From assembly GCF_000143415.4 (NCBI RefSeq), contig NW_003314299.1, positions 314,979 to 378,978 on the forward strand: a stretch of DNA of 64,000 nucleotides, given 5' to 3'. How positions within the stretch are numbered: position 1 is the stretch's first letter; each line of letters begins with the position of its first letter. The notes under the pieces were generated by a model. It had not been told where the DNA came from and did not search any database. It worked only from the letters and a program-made list of their open reading frames with translations. Made by a program: the position numbers and the translations under genes. Shown one piece after another: positions 1 through 10,990 of this stretch. The stretch comes from Selaginella moellendorffii. Taxonomy: Eukaryota > Plantae > Lycopodiophyta.

Positions 1-409
1 TGTCACAATGCCCCTAGGAGCATAAACACATTTCAATAGAGAGGGTCCTTTCATTTCATAACTCCTTACATAGATCTTGGTGAAACCAGAGTTAGTGAAG
101 TTAGTTTCTTGTGATCCCGCATCTGATTGTGATGTCCCTTTGCAGTTTCGATGGAAAGGTCAATGCACACCAAACTGTAAAATCTTGGAGCAAAATAACG
201 GTCGGATCTATGGCAAATGCCCCTGAAACATTGTAAGGCTCGTGTGGTCTCATGTGGTGTCCGATCGAGATGCTTCTTTGCAGGGTCATCAAGAAAGACA
301 TTGTATACCATTCTGTAAAATCTAGTTGCGATCTAACGGTTGGATCTCCAGAAAACTCAAAAAAATCTCGCGCGTGTCAGAATATCCTAGGAATATACTC
401 CTATGTGCC

Positions 410-812
410 TCTGAAAATGGCATGCAGCCCCACGCCATTCAAGAGATAACACCAAATGACGCTGAGAATTTTTTGGTGCATTTTTTGGGTTCAAAATTGC
501 ATGAGCCCACACGCTATAAAGTTTATCTTTGCCAAATAAAGAAAAGTTTATCTGTGTCATGTGAGGTAGTTATAGTCCTTTGTGCTCGGCATCTGCCTCT
601 TGCAGCATTTGCACTAAAAGGGAATTTTTCTCCATTCAGCATTTGGCCCTGAAAATGGCATGCGCCCACACGCCATTCAAGGAATAACGCCACAGGACGC
701 CTGGATTTTTGGGTTTAAAATGTTTAGGGTTTTTTGGGTTTTTTCAAAATATTTTGGGTCCAACGTTTTTTGGGTTTCTTTGGTTCAAAATTGCATGAGC
801 CCACACACTATA
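410..812 (+). repeat. Imperfect direct duplication (~410-520 vs ~649-812), each unit containing two palindrome copies
   Basis: CTGAAAATGGCATGC..CACGCCATTCAAG..ATAAC and GGTTCAAAATTGCATGAGCCCACAC.CTATAA both occur twice. Confidence 0.8.
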
Positions 813-1154
813 ATATTGATTTGAGAGAAAAATAGAAAGAGATAGAATTTCTTTATTTAGCTGAACATCTGCCATTTTTGGAAATACAAGATGCTTTGGA
901 ATATCCAATCATGCATGGTATAAATATAGCGAGGGTATTAAATGATATCCCAGTCATGATCTTTCTTTTGGATTTCGCGTGCATGCAGTCTGAGGAATGA
1001 TGACGTTGCGGATTTCTTTTGGATTTTGCGTGCTTGCATGCGCGCGGCAATCCAGAAATTAATGGTGGCGCCCAAGTCCGGGGAATGATGTCGTGGCGGG
1101 ATTACCAACCGTCGTGACATTTCGCGCGTGTGAGGTTAGGTTTTGCATTTTGCT

Positions 1155-1360
1155 TCGTACTCGCGCTCGTGCTCGTATCACACTCGCGCTCGCGCTCGCA
1201 TCACACTCGCGCTCGTGCTCGCATCACACTCGTGCTCGCATCGCGCTCCCACTCGCGATCACGCTCACATTCGCGCTCATCTACCTTCTCTACAGGTTTC
1301 TCGTGTGCATCGGCGTCCACTCGCGCTTGCATCACACTCGCGCTCGCATCGCGCTCGTGT
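1155..1360 (+). repeat. CpG-rich degenerate tandem repeat (GCATCACACTCGCGCTC-like unit)
   Basis: Repeated CACACTCGCGCTCG / CTCGTGCTCGCATC motifs; these generate the low-complexity ORFs at 1093-1699. Confidence 0.8.
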
Positions 1361-1817
1361 GCATCGGCATCCACTTCAAAACACACCCAGTTTGTAACTT
1401 CGCCGCCAACTCCGCCGCCCACTCCGCCACCCACACGCAGCCCAGTTGGCGTCCCGGGAGATTTCAGCGCCACTCTCCAACTGTTAAGTGGCAGAGTAGC
1501 CTTGCTGCTACGATCCGCTGCACACACAGTGCACATTCGCCAGCGAGTCCGGCCTCGATTGTCACGCCTCCATTCGGCTTCAAATGGTAAGTCTTTTAGG
1601 CCAAGTAGAAAATGGCATGAGGCCACATGCCATTCAGTAGCAACATTGGCATGCACCGATTGGGCTCTCGAGTGCAGTCCGGTTACAGATGGCGTGTAGC
1701 CTCACGCCATCTTAGAATGCAGCCTCAAGACATCTGATGCAGTGGTGAATGGCATGTGGCTTCACGTTATTTCCAGCTGCTAGCTTTTCATCTATCAGCT
1801 CTAATTGTTGTGCTCAG

Positions 1818-4800
1818 CATCCATAACATTCTACTCGCGACAAAAGTTGTTTTTGACAAATGGGTAGATGTGCTGAGGAGGTACCATGACGGGGAGTTGC
1901 TAAACTCAATGGGTGTGGAGGACGGCCGGAAGCCCAATGATTTGAAGCTCAACGCCTTGCGTTTCTCGCGGTCTCTAGACGACGACGACCTTCTGACAGT
2001 GGCTAATGCTCTTCTACGTGGTGAGGTAGTCTTCAACAAGACCAAAATGACTCCCGGCCATATTGTGACATACGAGGACTTGTGCACGACTCTGAGCGCT
2101 CGTGCGCTATTGAAGGATTGGATCTTCGAGCAAGTGGCCGTGGAGAGGGTGAGCATCGACACCACGCAAGAGATGATGGAAGAGCTGGAGTTGTCAAATG
2201 AAGACATCGACGACTACGTGAAGGGGGCCCCCAAGTTCATCAATCTGCTGCGAGATGCCACAAAAAGTAAAGCTGAGAAGTTGGATCAGTATCCAAATTT
2301 CATTAAGAGGGATGTCGACCGCCGGCTTCAGAAACAGCTCGACCCCGCAGCAGAGGCCTATCGAGAACCTTACCGGGTATACGTGAATTCGGATGAGGAT
2401 CAAAGGTGGAGGAGCATCGTTTCCCGCGGAGATGAGCAAGTCAAGAACATCTTTTGTGTGATGGACTTCACAAACGAGGAGATCACTCATGCAGACGAAG
2501 TCAACTCCATCATTGACTTAATGGTGGGACTTGCGGAGGTGGAATCTTCAGTCCACTATATGATCTACAACTCCGAATCCTATCACAAGTTTTGGAAGGC
2601 CTTGAACGAGGTGAAGGCTCGGTTGAAAGGCAAGGAGATGCGGGAGATCCATGGGATAATGGCTAAGAAGAAGATACCGATGAATGTCCGCATCTTCACA
2701 CTCGCCCTTGTTATTGGTCCTGCAGCAGAGTGGGACTGGAGTGACTTCCCAGCTTCGTTCGACAAGGCCGATCGAATTGATCTGAGGGAGGTCAATTTAC
2801 CCGTGCCTGAGGAACTGAAGACGGCTATAGAGCTTTCGAATCCAAAGAAAGCTCCAGGTGCAGCATGGGAAATGCTCAGCTTGGTCTTCAACGCAATAGC
2901 GGGTGGGTCACCTGCTTCCGACTCCAAGGGCAAATGCGTTGTCGAGTACAACTGCGGCGGACTATTCTTTCGAGCCGCACTACTCAAGGGTGTCCCGTGT
3001 GTTGCGGTGACAAACTCCATTGAAGAGGTGACTTCAATGGAGCATATAAATGGAGCATCAGGTAAATAATAGTACATCCATTCCTAACCTTTTACCATTT
3101 CTAACATTGTCCATGTAGGTCGTAGAGCAAATGGTAAGTAGAGATTATTCAATTGAATTAAGATACAAACTCTAGCCTTTAGTGTCGAGGAAGGATAGTG
3201 CCAAGCAAGGGTCGAAACGTATGTCCAATCCTTCAGAATCAGCAGTGCGCCCAAGTGATATCGGTCCTAGTTCCTCAATAGCAGTTGATGGTAAATACAG
3301 TATAGTTGATTCAATGTGCTAATGAGTTTGTTTTTAGTAGCCAATAGGGAGGATACCATCTCAATCGAAGGGAGATATTTGGACATGCATATGGATCCGC
3401 CAGTGGACTCTACTTGCCTGCAAGAGTCATCAGAGCTGGTGGAGGCTACTATCCATATCAACGCCAAGCAAGCTGACCATGCTCCACTTGATGCTGCCCA
3501 TACCACTGAGTCAATCTTGTCCACGTATCCAACTGACGGTGACCAAGCGCCATTGGACCCGCATGAGGCCGCCCCAGCCGCCGAGCCGGTCGTATCCTCA
3601 TTTCCAACGGACTCAACGTGTGCCCAATCGTCTAACTATGCGCCGTTGGAACCTCCCTACACCGCCCCTGCTGCCTGTTCGGTCATGTCCACTTTGCCAA
3701 TGGAGGCACCAGCTGAAATGGCGTGTGATCACACGCCATCGGAACCACCCCATGCCACTGTTGAGCCAGTTGTACCAGAGTCTACAGCTGAAATGGCATG
3801 TGCCCACACGCCATCGGATGCGATTGACCCCACATTGCAGAGGAGAGTATTTCCGCCCTTCACGTTTCCTCGACCAAAACCCTCTCAACGACCATCGAGT
3901 GCACCATTCGCTAATATTGTAGATGGTAAAATTGACTTGTACCATTTTTTATGCTGACGCATTTCATTTCAGAGTCACGGCGAAGGTACTGTATCGTTTT
4001 TGATCTGAACAGTGTCCTTTTCTCCCATGAGCGTGGCTCGTCCTCAAATGTCACTGCACCCACCAAAGCCTGCGGTCGCAAGTTGGTCATAAGAGACAGA
4101 TTCACATTAATCACATGGGAGAAACTGCGGGATCTAATAATGACCATGCGACACTTAAAACAGAGGGCCGGGTTCAATTTGCAATTGGGAGTTTAGACAT
4201 CCATGATGCGCCACAATGCATTAATGTTGCTACAGATGATGCACGATCAGACGCGAGTAATATTACCATTTGACTTTCTCCTAACGTTGACTATGGTCCA
4301 TGTGAGGGGTAGCAAGCCCATCTTCGTCAAGCCAGAGGCTGTAGTGATGAACCGGACTGCTAGGTCAAGTGAAATCCTCATCATCGATGACTCACCGATT
4401 AAAACTGCAGCGAACACGCACACATATGCAGTGCACCCCATCTCTTGCAGTATGGAAACTAGGGAGAAGAAACCGTATATTCTGGGGGACCTTGCAAAAC
4501 GGCTTGGAGCGATGGTGATAGAGAACCGGCCAGTCCAGGAGGTGGCTGCAGAAATCAACCAAATGGCAGATGGAACGGTATATCAGAAGCCATTTGATCG
4601 GACAAACACCAGTCATCATTTATGGCATGTATATTGTCTAGCCAAGCACTATCCGCATCTCCATAATCTGCTCAACCGGATGGGTTCTTCGACCACTGAA
4701 CATGAGCGTGGACGTATTAGAGAAGAGATGGCATTACTATTTGGTTTAAATCCTGATAGTGTGGAGAGTGATGAAATTCCAAGATTATTGTATAGGCGTT

Positions 4801-4823
4801 GGAGGCAAAAAATAACAGTCTGA
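1818..4823 (+). pseudogene. Multi-exon TE cargo gene (~940 aa predicted): unknown N-terminal region with a possible degenerate methyltransferase-like segment, Pro/Ser-rich linker, C-terminal FCP1/NIF-like HAD phosphatase domain; one premature stop
   Basis: Four phase-1 GT-AG introns (3062-3118, 3134-3182, 3291-3337, 3926-3972; 47-57 bp) join ORFs 1756-3069, 3316-3957, 3951-4196 and 4203-4823 in frame. HAD-like motifs: IVFDLNSVL, LGV*TS (TAG at 4194 in place of Trp) and ILIIDDSPIK. The 5' exon is uncertain. Confidence 0.7.
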
Positions 4824-5253
4824 GATGGCATGTATTTATTTAAAAATGTAACTTATTATGGCATGGGGTTCCATGCCATTGTATTAATATTAAAAGACAA
4901 TTCTTTGAGAGGATTTCCATTATACTAGAAGTGTTACAGCATGTTATTGGAAGTCTACGAAGTTGTTTTATTAATAAGGGGAAAGTAAAGATTGAATGGG
5001 GACTTGGGCTCCACCTAGACTCAGAGCAACTGAGCCAATATTAAAAGGATGGAAAGAAATTGGACGACAATGACAAGGAGAAGAGAGAGGTGAAGCAATG
5101 GCAGGGGGAGGAGAAGTGATTGAGTAGACATTTCCTTGTTTAAAATAAAATGGCATGTGCCTCAATGCAGTTGAATTTTGTTATATTTATATACTATATA
5201 AAGGTTTGGAAACCTTATTTTACAAGTGGGATAATGGCAATTCCCACTTTAAC

Positions 5254-7586
5254 GACTTGCGGAAATGTGTTATAACAACTCACCACATTCAAGCATCGGG
5301 GTGAGTCCATGGGAAGTCATCAATGGGCGAGCTATTGAAGGTCCTGTGGAACGCGGCGTGGCTGAGTATCATGGAGAGTTACCCGCAGTGGAGGCATTCA
5401 TGGCGGAAAGACTCAACATTTGGAATCTAGTGAGGGATTCCTTGGAACGGGCGCAACAAAGGCAAACCAAGTACGCAAACCAGAAGTGCCGGGACGTAGA
5501 GTTCCAAGTTGGGGAGAAGGTGTGGCTGAACACCAAGAACATCAAGCTGCCAAGTGGGATCAGCCGGAAGTTGACCCAAAGTTAAAAATGCATGTAGTCC
5601 TATAAATGAATTGATCTTGAGTTCCTTAAGCAGATTCGCGGGGCTTTACGAGATTGAGGCTCGAATCGGTAAAATGGCTTACCGTCTCCGACTTCCTCGA
5701 GAGATGGGGAAGATGCACCCCGTGTTCCATGTGAACTTACTCAAGCCGTATTTTGAGGATCCGCTTCGCAAGGACCAAGTAAGACCTTTACCTGAGGTTA
5801 TCCAAGGGGAAGAGGAATACGAAGTCGAGGCCATCCTCAATGCGCACAAGAGCAAGCGACAAGGACGCGAGGTGAGAGAGTTCTATGTGAAGTGGAAACG
5901 ATTTCCACACTGTGAAGCAACATAGGAACCGGAGGAGAACCTAGCGAACACGCGAGATCTAGTGGAGGAATTTCTGCAAGGCAGAACTCTATGTACTTAT
6001 GCAAAGTTCAATTAAAAGTATGAATTTGAGAAGTTGAGCAATGGCATATGTTGGGACCCGAAGGTGCGCCGAAGGTAAGCTAATTAGCATGGGTTAGCTA
6101 GGTCGACCAGGCGTAGGGAACTATGCCCGACTCCCTACGGGGATGTCGAATCCGTAGATGTATTTTACGCAGGTTGGGTTCGAGTCCCAACCCCCTAGTA
6201 AAGCAAGGCTGGGTTCAAGTCCCGACCCCATACTAAGGCATGGTGAGGTGACGAGTATAGGGACACCTATATTTCGTTGTCATGGGCTCTTGGCCGGGGA
6301 GGCTAACTTAGGCACACCGCTAAGTGGGGGGATGCCCCCGGAGACATAGTCAACAAGTCGTAGGATAAAAAAGAGACGTTCGATGTGGGCATCAAACTTC
6401 TTCTATGGGTGGTGGAGTTGTAAGGAACCAACTCACCGAGGTGTCGTAGGCTAAAGGAGCCCCGAAAGCATGGGTTGTTTTCCAATACATATAAGTGCTA
6501 CATCAGATGGAACCAAGTCTAAGATCGAGTCCAAGACCGACTCTAAGACCAAGTTCGAGATAGAGTCTGGAATCGAGTCCGAGACCGACTCGGAGACCGA
6601 GTTCAAGACTGAGTTTGAGACGGAGTTCGAGACGAAGTCCGAGATCCGAAATCGGGTCCGAGACCGAGTCCGAGGTCGAGTCCGAGGTCGGGTCCAAGAT
6701 CGGGTCCGAGATTGAGTCCAAGATCGAGTCCAAGACCGAATCCGAAGTCGAATCCGAGATCGAGTCCGAGATCGAGCTAGAGACTAAGTCTGAGTACTAA
6801 TACAGGTCAAGGGGTGAAAGCCCAAAGCGTGCGTCTCCCAGGGGGGGGAGGCTGCAGGGGGTTCCAAAAGTATAGTAGGGATAGTGAGGTCCAGGAACCA
6901 GTCTTGAAGGAACTCTCCAGTGGTGCTTCCAAACTGACTTGAGGTTGAGACTGGGGCCGAGGGGCCTTGGGTGGGAGTGAGCATGGGCTTGGGTGGTGCC
7001 GGAGGGGCCACCTAGGGAAATGTTCAAGAGCAGCTCCCACTCCCGAAAAGGAAACCGACTGCGGTGCTCCTGGCTCATGTGGAGTGGTGCCCCACTTGAG
7101 TACCTTGCGGCTCATTGGTCCTCACCCTTCCTAGGGGCTTGGGCCTTCCCTTCGGGATGGAAGTGGGGGGGTAGACGTACCCATACCGGGCCGATAGGCC
7201 ACGGTGTTTTGCCCCGACGTCCCGAAGCAAGTGCTGCACCCAAGGCTTGGGATTTAGAGGGTCCCATGATCAAGTCTTGTTGTACCAAGGGGTGTTAGGA
7301 ACCTGGAGGCTTGGTGTGCTTGGCTGCTTGTGCCTGCGAGGAGTGTAGCTGAACCTTAAGTCCAGTCTAACCTCAAGAGGGGGATTGGGAGAGATTTGGG
7401 AATCCATAAGTGGATGGCTAAAACTTCGTTGCTCGTGTAGTGAGTAGCTGAAACTAAGTAAGACCAAGTAGGAGCTGGTACAATAGGCGAGAACCTTGGC
7501 AAGGGAACTTAGCATAAGCCAAGGCAGTGTTGGTTGGATAGACGAGGTAAGATGGCAAATTGGAAAGGAAAAATTTGTGGCTTACA
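5254..7586 (+). mobile_element. Ty3/gypsy chromovirus family A, copy A1 (5'-truncated: integrase C-terminus, chromodomain, 3'UTR, PPT, 3' LTR)
   Basis: YNNSPHSSIGVSP, HPVFHVNLLK and EEYEVEAIL..FYVKWK motifs; PPT ATGGGTGGTGGAGT before 6419; LTR TGTAAG...CTTACA. Confidence 0.92.
6419..7586 (+). repeat. Family A LTR (1168 bp) with GAGTCC/GAGACC microsatellite
   Basis: TG..CA ends with a 6-bp terminal inverted repeat; homologous to 49217-, 54185- and 14750-15258. Confidence 0.88.
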
Positions 7587-10129
7587 ATACGATGGTATAG
7601 TAAGTCTAAGAAAGTAGTCTCGGGGAGAGACCCATGGAAGGGTCGCAAAGTTGGACTGTGGACGAAGCTCGGAGCAAAAATTGCTAAAGAGACCTACTAA
7701 GGGTGAGCACCCGCTAGACTTAGCAAAGTAGAGCCTTTGCTATGGAACCAAAAAGATACCTCAAGAATGGAGGTAGTGATCCTATGTTGCTCAGTGCAAC
7801 AATCAATGGATAAAAACAAAAAACTAGTGGCCAAGTGTGGGCCATGGAGTTCATTGGAAGGAATCCAAATGGCAAAGTTAGGCATGGAACACTAGTGTGT
7901 TGGATGCTAACGGAATTTGAGAAAGGAAATGTGCTTCCAAAGATGGATTCCCAAATGGTCCAAGTTGGCAAAGGTGAAAACTCCAAGGGAGGGAGCGGCA
8001 AAGTAGCCAAAGGATAGGGCCGTGGATAGCTCTACCACAACTTACGATGGCTGGAACTTGGTGCCAAAAGTGGGGAGCTTCCTAGGATGGGAAGTGAAGT
8101 TATATGTGCAGGGAAAGGTGTCAAAGACACCAAAGAAATTGACTTCGAGAAGTCAAAATTAAAAAGTTCCAAGGTGAATTGGTTATATCAATAGAAGTTG
8201 GGACTACTCGAGAATGAGTAGTGGAATTGAGTTAGAAAAGGTGTCTCTAACAGGTTTAACAAGAACTAAACCAATAAAAGAGAGCAAACCACCCCAAGTG
8301 GCCAAATGAGTCTTTATGTTGGAGAGATTATGCCCTTTAGAGGATGGACAAAGCATGGTGAGCCTTTGGGGTCAAACCATAGACAAATATTGGCTGGGTG
8401 CCAAAGATGGAAATGGTAATACCTGCGAGTGTTACTTTATAAAAAGGGTTTATTGTTCAATGAGGACATTAAACTTCATCTATGGGTGGTGGAGTTGTGA
8501 GACATAAATCCCTAAGCCCCAAAGTGGAACTGAAAGGGTGCCATGTGGTAGTGGCTGAAGCAAAAGCCAAACGAGCGTAACACGTTTGGACTAAAAGGCT
8601 CCAACTTGAAAGGTTGAGAGCCGAAGTGGAACTCCTAACGGAGTGCTCAAGGAACGAGCATGAAGCGAGCAATAAGCGAGGCTCCAAAAAGGGACCCAAA
8701 AGGATCAACACATGACACATGGAAGTGTCCGAGATGGAGTCCAAGATGGACCCGAGTTGGAGTCCGAGGTGGAGTTCAAGATGGAGTCCGAGATGGACTG
8801 AGATGGAGTCCGAGATGGACCCGAGATGGAGTCCAAGATGGACCCGAGATGGAGTCTGAGATGGAGTCCGAGATGGAGTCCGAGATGGATCCGAGATGGA
8901 GTCCGAGAAGGACCTGAGATGGAGTCCGAGGTCGAGACCGAGGTCAGGACTGAGACCGAGACCAAGACCAAGACCAAAACCGAGACCGGGACTGAGACCG
9001 GGACCGAGACCGAGACTGAGACCGAGATCGGGACCGAGACCGAGACCGAGGCCGAGACCAAGCCCGCGTCCGAGTCCGAGTCCAAGTCTGAGTCCGAGTC
9101 CAAGTCTGAGTCCGAGTCCGAGTCCGAGTCTGAGAGGGTGAAAGCCCAAAGCATTCATCTCCCAGACCCTGGGGGGTTTGGTGAGCTCCAAAAGTATAGT
9201 AGGGGGAGGACTGCAGTGGAGCCAGTTTGGCCAGGAAAGGCCAGTTTGGCCTAGGAAGGCCAGACCCAGTGTTGGGTGATGAACTGACCACTGGGAAGTC
9301 CAAGACTAGAGTGAATACGGACCGACAAGCGGGGTAGCTTGGTGAAGTGTTCAAGAGCCGGCTCTAGTTCCCCCGAGAGATCGACTGGCCGATGCTCCCA
9401 GTCCAAGTGTGGGTGGCACTACCTACTTGGATACCTGGTGTGGCTCAACAGAACCTTGCTCTAAGCCCATGGCTAGAGCACCCAAAGGCAGAAGGTGGGG
9501 AGAGTACCCACGAGGCTTGTGTAAGGCCACAGTGTTCCGAAGTGTTGTCCCAAAGACCTAGACTGTGGAAAGGAAGAGGAATAGTCCTCTGGTGTAATGA
9601 CCAAGGATACAGTCGTATAGTGAGGAAGTCCTAGAGGACCCTAGGACTTAGTGGTCGGGCCGGTGGGCCTTGAGCCAGTGGCAGTGTTGGCGAACACGGC
9701 CAAGGACAGAGAGGGACTTGGTGGGGACCAGAAAGGAGATATTGGGGAAGGCTATTCCCCATGTTTGTGGGCATCCTAAGGATGCTAAGGAGTGGATCTA
9801 GGATAACCACTCATGGGCGGATGGCCCAGTTTTGGAAAGACGGGATTGCAATGCAAATAGTGTTGGACCACCGATGTGACTAAGGTGATTGGGCATGGTC
9901 TAGTGTAACGGGCTAGTATGTTGGTGGTGCCTTGGGGTGTCGGTCATGGGACCGGACACGTGGAGCACTTGGACCAAGTGCAAAGGTTGAGTGGCATGGA
10001 TGCCATTCTCGGGGCTAGCAAGCACCAAGTCTTGAGAGGGACTTATGGAGGTTGTGAATGAGGTTCCTCCAAGTGGTCGGAGGTGCGGTTAAGTGACTAA
10101 AGTAGAATGGAAAAAATTAGTCGCTTACA
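7587..10129 (+). mobile_element. Family B (LARD-like) copy B1: 3' internal region, PPT and 3' LTR (8496-10129)
   Basis: Matches B3 from ~35930 to 38722; LTR TGTGAG...CTTACA; same PPT as family A. Confidence 0.88.
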
Positions 10130-10259
10130 CTCAGGTTCCACACCATTATGTTAGGATATATGGCATGTGATACGTGGCACATGAAGGGTTTAGGTTCTGC
10201 TTCATGATTATCTTATAGTAAATCACCATAAGATAAAGGATAAAAACCACGTGTGCTAC

Positions 10260-10990
10260 AGAAGTTTTTCTATCCAAAATTGGACAAATCCAAAAAAGAT
10301 TTTGGCTAAGTTAGTGATAGGCACACCAAGGCTCATGAGTAGCAACATTAATCTCAGTGTGTGGGATTACAAGATGAGCATATCCAGATTGAAGAACCAC
10401 TCCCTAGGTTATTGGATAAGTTCATCCCTAAGAATTTTTGCTAAAGCATGGTAAAAGATGCAAAGCTATTCTTCTAGCCTAGAGGAAGAATAACCAAAGG
10501 GAATGTGTAAGGCCAAAAGCAAGTAATATGAGGATAGAATTGAATTATAAAAATCAAAAGGCATAGCCAAAGGTGGTTATGTAAGTTGGGAGTGGAGAAT
10601 CAAGTGGATGTTTGAAGGTGTTATTGGTAATTTTGGAGCTATAGAGAATCTAAAGTGTGGAATTGCCCATATTAAACCTTATAACAATTATAAAGCTTGC
10701 AAAAAAAAAACCTTAACAAGCTAAAAGACAAAGTCTCTTCAAGGTTCCCAAAAACAATTCTAGATATGTTAGTGCCTAGAAAGACAAGTGTAAATGGTTC
10801 ATAAAAATGCATGAAATTTGAGTGGCACAATAGAAGTGTGGTCTTAAAGTTTGTCATAAGACGAGGTTATCAAGATTAAGGAACTAATTCCCAAATATTC
10901 AAAGAAATGACTTTGAATGAAAGACAATAATTAAGGACTTTTACACTTATGCATGAAACCATATTATGTTGGTCTGGTGACTTGTTAAGG
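10260..10990 (+). mobile_element. Old degraded fragment of the family B internal region
   Basis: Colinear similarity to ~34380-35110 with many G>A and C>T changes. Confidence 0.7.

Larger units (their letters stand above)
417..5171. repeat. Dispersed 22-bp palindrome ATGGCRTG-N6-CAYGCCAT, block 1 copies
   Basis: Consensus copies at 417, 655, 1612, 1689, 3718, 3793 and 4858; degenerate copies at 496, 790, 1749 and 5150. Confidence 0.9.
1..5253. mobile_element. Putative arm of a large Sola-like DNA transposon carrying a cargo gene (left boundary not seen)
   Basis: Shares the ATGGCRTG-N6-CAYGCCAT palindrome and the terminal motif TCCCACTTTAACGA (~5242-5255) with the transposase-bearing block 54703-57552. 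Joins gypsy integrase sequence abruptly at ~5254. Confidence 0.55.

Noticed and set aside
1093-1699. Overlapping 150-190 aa ORFs
   Set aside because: They derive from the CpG-rich tandem repeat; at most part is a 5' exon (donor at 1587).
5201-5253. Helitron 3' end (hairpins AAGGTTT-GG-AAACCTT and GTGGGA..TCCCAC)
   Set aside because: No CTRR terminus follows; the shared TIR-like motif with the transposase block explains the end better.
10160-10183. ATGGCATG half-site outside the DNA-transposon blocks
   Set aside because: No matching arm at 6-bp spacing; consistent with chance.
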